From an uncultured virus (IMG/VR IMGVR_UViG_3300028800_000079) (lineage: Duplodnaviria > Heunggongvirae > Uroviricota > Caudoviricetes), in the IMG/VR virus record IMGVR_UViG_3300028800_000079: DNA of 64,000 nucleotides. The stretch is one strand, 5' to 3'. The notes under the pieces are model-generated. The model worked only from the letters and a program-made list of their open reading frames with translations, had not been told where the DNA came from and made no database searches. Of this stretch, positions 57,260 through 64,000 are shown one piece after another; within the stretch, counting starts at the first letter, position 1; every line of letters begins with the position of its first letter. The position numbers and the translations under genes are program-made.

Positions 57260-60200
57260 ATGGCGGGCGAATCGGGGCAGATAGCGGCGGCGTTCGTCCG
57301 CATCTATCCGGACCTGAGCGACTTCCAGGCGACCGTCGAAGCAGGGGCGACACAGGCCGGGGACCAGATCGCTACCGGCGTGCAGGCGGGCTTGCGGGAG
57401 GGCGCGGCGGGGTTCGCGCCGACCGAGGGGCAGTTGTCGATGTTCGGGGCGGAAGCGGGCGCGAAGATCGGGGACGGGCTCGCGGCCGGAGTCGCGTCCG
57501 GGGTGGAGAAATCCGTGTCGGAACTGGAGGCGATCCCGGCGGCGGCGGCTGCCGCGGCTGAGGAGTCGGCGGCGGCGGGGAAAGCGGCGTCCGACAAGAT
57601 GGGGAGCGGCTTCATGTCGGGCGGCATGGGGAAAATCTTCGGTGGCGGCCTGATCGCCGCGATCGGCGGCACCGTGCTCGGCCATCTCGCGTCCAGCGCG
57701 GCGGACACGGCGGAGCAGATGATGAAGCTCCAGACGGTGATGGGCCTGTCGGCGCAGCAGGCGCAACGGTTCGCGATCGAAGCGTCCGGGGCCGGATTGT
57801 CCACACAGAAACTGACGGTGATGGCGGGCCGTCTCGACAAGCAGTTGGCGTCGGCGTCGTCCGGGTCGGCGTCACAGGCGAAAGCCCTCGACCAGCTCGG
57901 GATCAGCGCCGACACGTTCGCGAACTCGAAAGCTCCCGAGCAGGCTGCGCTACTGGCGAAACACATTGCCGAGTCGAACCTGCCCGCGAAAGAACTGTCC
58001 GGCCTGGTCAAGAAATTCAACATCGACCCGGCCGCGCTCACAGGGGCGCACTCGTACGGCGACCTGCTGAAAGTGATCGAGAAGGGACTCCAGACGAGCG
58101 CGCAGACCGGGAACGCGTTCGCGCGGACACTCGCCCAGAACGGGATCAGCATCACCGCGTTCAAGGCGCAGAACTTCCCCGACCAGTTGGCGACGATCGC
58201 TGCCGCCTACGAGAAGGCGAAGACTCCGGCGCAGGGGTTGGCGCTCGTGATGACCGCGTTCGGTCGGCAGGGCGTCCAGATGCTGCCGATGATCCAGAAC
58301 ATGGCGATGCTGAAGAAGACCGCCGACGAACTGCATCTACCGAAGATCGATGAGCGCGGCGCGGAAGTGGCGGGGATGCAGTTCAAGGAGTTGGACACCT
58401 ACGTCAAGTTTCTCGCGCAGGATCTCGCGGTCAAGTTGGTGCCGCCGATCACGGCGGTCGCGAAGAAACTGATCGACATCGCGACCCCGATCGTGGAGTT
58501 CGTGAAGCACAGCGCGGCGGCGCAGGCCGCTATCGCAGCGCTCGCGGGCGGATTCCTCGCGTTCAAAGCGGTCGGCGTGGTCGAGTCAATCTTCACGCCG
58601 ATCATCACCGTGATCCGGAACCTGGTCACGCTGATCCCTGGCGTGACCGCGGAGATGGTCGGGTTGGACACGGCGATGGACGCGAACCCGATCGGGGCGG
58701 TCGCGGTCGCAATCGGCGCGCTGATCGCGGGCCTCGTGGTGCTGTACGAGAAGGTGCCTGCGGTACGGAACGTGATCAACGACGCGTTCTCCGGGATCAA
58801 AGCCGTCGTCGGGGACACCGTCACGTTCCTGGAGGGCTTGTGGGCGCGCTGGGGCGCGACGATCACCGCTGACACCGACAAGGTGTGGGGCGTCGTGAAA
58901 CAGGTGGTGTCCGACGCGATCAAGGTGGTGTCCGCCGTTATCCAGACCACCGTGCAGGTGATCGAGGCGATCTGGCAGCGGTGGGGCTCAACAATCGAGT
59001 CGGTCGCGAGAACCTACTTCGACGCGGTGAAAACCGAGATTGAGACGGTCGTGAAAGTGATCGCCGACATCATCCGGATCGCGCTCGACCTGATCCACGG
59101 CCACTGGTCGAAGGCGTGGAAAGACCTGGAAAACCTCGTCTCCACCGTGTTCTCGGGGATTGAGACGATCATTCTGGATTCCACGAAGATCATGCTCACG
59201 CTCGCGGAAGCAGTCGGGAAAGCAATCCTGGACGGTGTGCTCGCAGGGTTGAAGGGGATCGCTGACCTTGTAATGAAGGGGTTGGGCAAGATCGGGGATG
59301 GGATCTCCACGATCGCTGCGGATGCGTTGAAGTGGGGAGAACAACTCGGCGAAACACTGGTGAAAGGCATCTTGTCCGGACTGGGTGGCCTCGCTAAGGA
59401 TGTTGGCGGCGGTATCGTCAGTGGCCTGAAGGGGGCCGTCTCGTGGGCGGGCGGCATACTGCACGGCTCCGGCAACTTCCAGTTCACGAACGAAGCGGTC
59501 GGGGTTCCGATGGGGCAAGGCATCCTGGACGGGATCGACAAGGCGCTCGCCGGGAACGCGGTCGGGAAGAAGATGGCGTCGAAGATCAAGGACGCGACCG
59601 CCTCCGCGCTGGAATCTCTCCAGACTTCGTTCAAGAGCCTGGAGGCGAAGGCGAAGGAACTCGGCCCGTCACTAGGCGCTGCTGGGGAAGCGGCCCTCCA
59701 AAAGCTCCACGACGCGGTGGCGCACGCGGTCACCACTACCGACGTAACGAACGCTCGCGCGGCGATCTCGAAGGCGTCCGCGCAACTCTCTAGCGATCTA
59801 GCGACGTTGAAGCAGCACATCGCGGACGCGAAGGTATTCGACGGGTTGAAGACGCAGGCGGCAAAGCTCGGCCAGGACGTGACCCCGGCGATCACCGCGG
59901 CGATGAAAAAGATCCAGGACGAGATGGCGACTGTGGTGACCGTGTCTGGGCAGGCGAAAATCGCGTCGCAGGTGACGAAACTGAAGAACCAGATCGCGGC
60001 GCTGCTCCAGCAGATCAAGACGAAGATTTCGTCGGAGCAGTCCGCGTTCTCGTCCGCGTTCTCGCAGCTTGTCGCGCCGCTCGACAGCGCGTTCCAGAAG
60101 GCAACCCAGAAGGCGCTCGCGTCGATGCAGGTGATGGTGAAGACTGCGCAAGGGTCGTTCCTGTTCGGCGGCGCGGCCGGGTCCCTCACTCCCGCCGAAG

Positions 60201-61108
60201 TGCAGTTGCAGAACTTGCAGGCGGCCCATGACGCGGCGGCGTTGCAGGCGCAGCTCGCGGCGGATCAGGCGCAACTGACGGCTGACCAGGCGGGGAACGC
60301 TTCGGCTATCGCCGCCGCGCAGGACACCTACAACAAGGCTGCGGCGGCGGTGGACGCCGCGAAGAACGCTCTGCTCCCTGACCCGGCGTCGATCAAGGAG
60401 GCACAGGACGCGCTCGCGAACGCTGCCGCCGGGTTGAAGGACGTGACCGACCCCGGCAAGAACAGCAGCCAGACGCTCGCCGACACGCAGGCGATCGCGG
60501 AGGACAACTACAACATCCAGATCGCCGCGTTGCAGAAGACCGCCGACGCGGAGAACCAGGCCGCCCAGGACCAGTTACAGGCGGCGCAGTCGGCGTTCCA
60601 GGATCAGCGCGACCTGTTGCAGACGCAGATGGATCAGCGGCTCGCGATCCTGGAGAAGGGGATGGAGGACGGCACCCTGTCCGCGCAGCAAGGGATGGAC
60701 GCGTTGAACGCGATCCTGACCGACCCGAACTACGCGTTGAACGCGAACGGTGCGGCGTTCGCGATCGGCGGCAACATCTACACCGGGTTGCAGGCGGGCT
60801 TGGCCCCGGTGTTCCAGCTTCTCACCCAGTTGCAGACCGACCTGTCGAAGGTGGGAGTGAAGATCGGTGGCGGCACGATCCCGTACACGAGTCCGGTCGT
60901 GACGACCACCACTCCGGCCGGTGCGACCAGCCAGGGGTCGGGGCCGTACATCGGGACGCTCACCGCGAACGATGTGAAGCAGCAGATCACCGACCCGATC
61001 GTGGACGCGCTCGCCACCCAGACGAAGGTGATCCAGGGGCAGCAGACAACCGTGAATGTGACTTCCAGTAACCCGATCTTGCAGCTCGGCGTGTCGGTGC
61101 CTAGATGA
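57260..61108 (+). CDS. Tape measure protein
   Basis: 1282 aa, Ala/Gly-rich and helical; AFVRI.PD start, ANPIG and Trp-spaced repeats. Confidence 0.92.
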   Translation: MAGESGQIAAAFVRIYPDLSDFQATVEAGATQAGDQIATGVQAGLREGAAGFAPTEGQLSMFGAEAGAKIGDGLAAGVASGVEKSVSELEAIPAAAAAAAEESAAAGKAASDKMGSGFMSGGMGKIFGGGLIAAIGGTVLGHLASSAADTAEQMMKLQTVMGLSAQQAQRFAIEASGAGLSTQKLTVMAGRLDKQLASASSGSASQAKALDQLGISADTFANSKAPEQAALLAKHIAESNLPAKELSGLVKKFNIDPAALTGAHSYGDLLKVIEKGLQTSAQTGNAFARTLAQNGISITAFKAQNFPDQLATIAAAYEKAKTPAQGLALVMTAFGRQGVQMLPMIQNMAMLKKTADELHLPKIDERGAEVAGMQFKELDTYVKFLAQDLAVKLVPPITAVAKKLIDIATPIVEFVKHSAAAQAAIAALAGGFLAFKAVGVVESIFTPIITVIRNLVTLIPGVTAEMVGLDTAMDANPIGAVAVAIGALIAGLVVLYEKVPAVRNVINDAFSGIKAVVGDTVTFLEGLWARWGATITADTDKVWGVVKQVVSDAIKVVSAVIQTTVQVIEAIWQRWGSTIESVARTYFDAVKTEIETVVKVIADIIRIALDLIHGHWSKAWKDLENLVSTVFSGIETIILDSTKIMLTLAEAVGKAILDGVLAGLKGIADLVMKGLGKIGDGISTIAADALKWGEQLGETLVKGILSGLGGLAKDVGGGIVSGLKGAVSWAGGILHGSGNFQFTNEAVGVPMGQGILDGIDKALAGNAVGKKMASKIKDATASALESLQTSFKSLEAKAKELGPSLGAAGEAALQKLHDAVAHAVTTTDVTNARAAISKASAQLSSDLATLKQHIADAKVFDGLKTQAAKLGQDVTPAITAAMKKIQDEMATVVTVSGQAKIASQVTKLKNQIAALLQQIKTKISSEQSAFSSAFSQLVAPLDSAFQKATQKALASMQVMVKTAQGSFLFGGAAGSLTPAEVQLQNLQAAHDAAALQAQLAADQAQLTADQAGNASAIAAAQDTYNKAAAAVDAAKNALLPDPASIKEAQDALANAAAGLKDVTDPGKNSSQTLADTQAIAEDNYNIQIAALQKTADAENQAAQDQLQAAQSAFQDQRDLLQTQMDQRLAILEKGMEDGTLSAQQGMDALNAILTDPNYALNANGAAFAIGGNIYTGLQAGLAPVFQLLTQLQTDLSKVGVKIGGGTIPYTSPVVTTTTPAGATSQGSGPYIGTLTANDVKQQITDPIVDALATQTKVIQGQQTTVNVTSSNPILQLGVSVPR

Positions 61109-62271
61109 CCGTTCTCGGTCAGCAGGGGCCGCTGCCGTATCTCAGTCTGGCCGGGGTCGAGATCGCGAACGAGGCGCGCACGGTCGCGTACCTGTTGAAC
61201 GGGCTCGCGGACGGGTCGCAAGGCCACTTCGTGATGGGCGACGGGTCCCCCTGCTCCGTGCTGTACCGGCTCAACTCCACGAACTGCACCCCCACCGTGT
61301 TCGTCAGTCCGGCCCACGATCCGGCACCCTGGTACGACGCGACCGAACCCGGATCCGCCAAGTTCCTCGGCCTCGTCCTTTTGGACATTGAGGGGTACGA
61401 CTCCACGATCTTCCGGAACGTCGTCAACCGCTACACCGGTTTGGGCGGCGGAACGTTCGGGTCGCAGCAGCGGAACCCCAGGGTGTGGAAGTTCCACGGC
61501 GTCATGATCTCCGCCGACGACACCGGCACCGAGTACGGGCTACGGTGGCTCACGCAGCAGTTGCAGGCGTCCGAGTGCGACACCTGCGACACAACGAACC
61601 TGACCGTCCGTCTGGTTTGTCCGCCAGGTGACTGTTCCGACGATTCGCTGGGGAAGTGGACATCGTACGAGGTGGCGCTCACCTCGGGGCCAACCGAGGG
61701 AAGCCTGATCACAGGCCAGACGGACGGGTATATGGGCGGCCAGCGTGACGCGATCCTGGTGGAATTCACGCTTACGGCCGGTAACCCGTTCCTCTACCGC
61801 GACCCCGAACCGTGCCTTACCGCAACGATCGGGGCCGGGGTATGCGACGACATCTGTGAGTTCCTGTTCGGAGGCGGAAGCCTCACCGACTGCTGCGACG
61901 TGTCCGCTCCGGCGCAGGGCGTCACAGGCGCGATCGCGGAGTTCACAAACAACAGTTCGACCGACTCGGGCAGCGTGTTCATCTCCTACTACCCCGGCTG
62001 TAACAGCGCGTCTGCTGGAGCGACGATTGTGGTTGACACTGTTCCGGCGTCTTCGACCGTTACGGTGGACTCGGCGCGGCACACCGTCACGATCACGCAG
62101 GCGGGTGTCACCTCGGACGCGTTCGACCTGCTTGTCCTGGCGGATGGAGAACCCGTCGAGTGGGTCGAGATCCGCGACTGTGACCAGGACGGCTGCTTCT
62201 GCGTCGGCCCCTACTCCTGCTTCGCCGGGTCAGTGACCGCTGTAGTCACCTCACAGAACAGGCAGGGCTAA
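61105..62271 (+). CDS. Minor tail (distal tail-like) protein
   Basis: Follows the tape measure; PAPWYD and EFTLTAGNPF. Confidence 0.7.
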   Translation: MTVLGQQGPLPYLSLAGVEIANEARTVAYLLNGLADGSQGHFVMGDGSPCSVLYRLNSTNCTPTVFVSPAHDPAPWYDATEPGSAKFLGLVLLDIEGYDSTIFRNVVNRYTGLGGGTFGSQQRNPRVWKFHGVMISADDTGTEYGLRWLTQQLQASECDTCDTTNLTVRLVCPPGDCSDDSLGKWTSYEVALTSGPTEGSLITGQTDGYMGGQRDAILVEFTLTAGNPFLYRDPEPCLTATIGAGVCDDICEFLFGGGSLTDCCDVSAPAQGVTGAIAEFTNNSSTDSGSVFISYYPGCNSASAGATIVVDTVPASSTVTVDSARHTVTITQAGVTSDAFDLLVLADGEPVEWVEIRDCDQDGCFCVGPYSCFAGSVTAVVTSQNRQG

Positions 62272-62272
62272 C

Positions 62273-63325
62273 GTGGAGACGCTCGGCTGCGGCGTCTACG
62301 AGGCGTACATTCAGCCGCGAGGAGGTACAAGAGAGAAGACGCCGTTCCCGTGGTCGCAGATCGGGTGGGCACGCGTCCTCGATGACACCTCGCAAGCATC
62401 CGTGGAAGCGGACGGCACCTGCGGCATCCCGGACGGGGATATACGTTCCTGGCGCGACGAAATCTCGCTGATCCGTGACGGCGAACAGGTCTGGGTTGGG
62501 CCGGTCTACCAGCCGGTCGGGAACCCGAACCAGTTGCCGAATCAGTTACGAGCGGCGGCGCGCGATCTGACGGCCTGGTGGGATCACCGTCTGATCCACC
62601 AAGACCACGACTACACGGGAAACCCCACCGATCTCGCGACCATCCTTCAGACGCTGTCTGACGATGCGATGGCTCCCGACAACACCCCCGGATTGTTTGT
62701 GACCGCAACCTTGTGCGGCGTGCTCGGACAGCCTCAGATCCTTGCGGCGCAGTACCAGATGGCGGGACAACAGATCCGGACGCTCACCAACAGCGGAGTG
62801 GACTGGACGTGTGTAAACCGTGACGTGCTCTGCGGCGGCAGCGTCGTCCCCACGGGGGCGATCACTCCGACGTTCACAGACGAACATTTCGTCACCGTCC
62901 CTACCGTCACCGTGGACGGATCGGTGCAGGCGAACCGCGTTATCGTTACCGGGGCAGGGACAGGAGTGGCGGGTTCCACTGTTGTCGGGGCGGCAGGTCC
63001 TGATACGGCGCTCGCGATGGAGGACGGCCTTCTGGAGCAGGTGGTGCAGGACACGTCGATCCAGGACAACACCACCGCCGCGTCCGCAGCTTCGTCACGG
63101 CTGATGCTGACGAAAGCCGCTGTCACCGTCACAAACGCGCAACTCGATCCGTCAGCGCCGTTCCCGATCTCGGTGCTGGTGCCAGGAGCTACCTGCTACC
63201 TCGACCTCGCCAAGACCGTGATCCCGGTGTCAGGACAGTTCAGGCTCGGCGGCTTGCAGGTGACAATGCAAGTGGGCGGCATCGAACAGGTAGTGGCGAA
63301 CTTTCAGCCTGTAGGCCAGACGTGA
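62273..63325 (+). CDS. Minor tail protein
   Basis: W.RVLDDTSQA, IRDGEQVWVGPV and LVPG. Confidence 0.7.
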   Translation: METLGCGVYEAYIQPRGGTREKTPFPWSQIGWARVLDDTSQASVEADGTCGIPDGDIRSWRDEISLIRDGEQVWVGPVYQPVGNPNQLPNQLRAAARDLTAWWDHRLIHQDHDYTGNPTDLATILQTLSDDAMAPDNTPGLFVTATLCGVLGQPQILAAQYQMAGQQIRTLTNSGVDWTCVNRDVLCGGSVVPTGAITPTFTDEHFVTVPTVTVDGSVQANRVIVTGAGTGVAGSTVVGAAGPDTALAMEDGLLEQVVQDTSIQDNTTAASAASSRLMLTKAAVTVTNAQLDPSAPFPISVLVPGATCYLDLAKTVIPVSGQFRLGGLQVTMQVGGIEQVVANFQPVGQT

Positions 63326-63540
63326 ACCGGCAGATCCCGACCGCCGACAAGGCGACCGAGAAGCTGCTGCGCGACATCCTCGACCAGCTGGACAAGCTGA
63401 ATCGGGGCGCAAGTTTCGCTGGACGCGTCAGTTTCGGGGACGTTATCCAGATCGGAAACATCACGATCACAACCTCAGGCGACACCGTCAAGTTCCAGAA
63501 CGTCCAAGACGGTAAATCCACCACCCTCACCCTCACCTGA
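63322..63540 (+). CDS. Small tail-associated protein
   Basis: GTGA-coupled; short coiled coil. Confidence 0.55.
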   Translation: MNRQIPTADKATEKLLRDILDQLDKLNRGASFAGRVSFGDVIQIGNITITTSGDTVKFQNVQDGKSTTLTLT

Positions 63541-63601
63541 TGCGGGATTCACGCTGGCGTGACGCGCCCGCGCTGGCGCGTACTCTAGAAGGAGACAACG
63601 T

Positions 63602-64000
63602 ATGGGATGCACAACCAACTCGAACAGCATCGACCTCTCCGTCGCGTCCGGAGTACTGGAGGCCGACCTCGTTGTTGACCCGGCCGCAGGTAAATCCCCG
63701 AACCAGCTTGTCGTAGACTCGACCGGGGTGTACGTCCCTTCTGACGGGTGGGTGCCTTTGGGGGCGACGCTCGCCTACTCGTCCGCCGACGCGCCAACGT
63801 TCGTGGCGACCACCAGCCTCGACCTCACAAGCTTCATCGGTCCTGGCGACCGGCTCAGGCTCGTCCAGTCGGCCACCAACCTCTACTTCCTGATCACCGC
63901 TATCACCGCGGGGACGGTCACCCTGTACGGCGGCACCGACTACACGCTCGCGAACTCGCCGATCACGGTTCCGTACTTCTCGAAAGCGAAAAGCCCGATC
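63602..64000 (+). CDS. Probable tail fibre or minor tail protein, truncated by the window end
   Basis: AAGGAG RBS; open frame MGCTTNSNSIDLSV...LYGGTDYTLANSPI to the end of the window. Confidence 0.6.
   Translation, partial: MGCTTNSNSIDLSVASGVLEADLVVDPAAGKSPNQLVVDSTGVYVPSDGWVPLGATLAYSSADAPTFVATTSLDLTSFIGPGDRLRLVQSATNLYFLITAITAGTVTLYGGTDYTLANSPITVPYFSKAKSPI

Larger units (their letters stand above)
3717..63562. repeat. Dispersed 14-bp palindrome family TCACKC-NN-GMGTGA (~22 copies)
   Basis: Starts at 3717, 5851, 8800, 13455, 18275, 20531, 21682, 22139, 24250, 25328, 26762, 27377, 29778, 30762, 33880, 38063, 44263, 54425, 57218, 63549; single-mismatch copies at 14746 and 37973. Confidence 0.9.

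Noticed and set aside
3717..63562. CRISPR array or integron attC interpretation of the 14-mer
   Set aside because: Copies are kilobases apart with no regular spacers, there are no cas or integrase genes, and no extended attC-like hairpin is present.

Overview
A 64-kb segment of a high-GC, tailed dsDNA phage or prophage with a siphovirus-like tail module; leaderless sigma-A-type promoters and gene content suggest an actinobacterial host (inference). Order: HNH, ParB-like and DNA methyltransferase genes; small and large terminase; a ~23-kb accessory region of small genes and a large glycan cluster (about eight glycosyltransferase-like genes, an FkbM methyltransferase, a PIG-L deacetylase, a WbpB/WbpE/WbpD-like trio and an NAD epimerase); an amidase/holin lysis cassette; then portal, MuF-like protein, prohead protease, major capsid, tail genes and tape measure. 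An RNA ligase and a frameshifted PNK sit on the minus strand. Main signals: (1) two HNH endonuclease genes nested in the -1 frame of host genes (methyltransferase, prohead protease) whose own frames stay open across the insert, each with an internal promoter and no intein motif; (2) an antisense HNH flanked by two diverged copies of its neighbour's 3' end; (3) about 22 copies of a palindrome TCACKC-NN-GMGTGA, often supplying a stop codon and abutting a second palindrome ATCGG-N3-CCGAT; (4) distinct early-promoter and late-promoter motifs; (5) 16-19 bp direct repeats bracketing single small genes; (6) two candidate structured ncRNAs. All calls were made by eye, without database searches.
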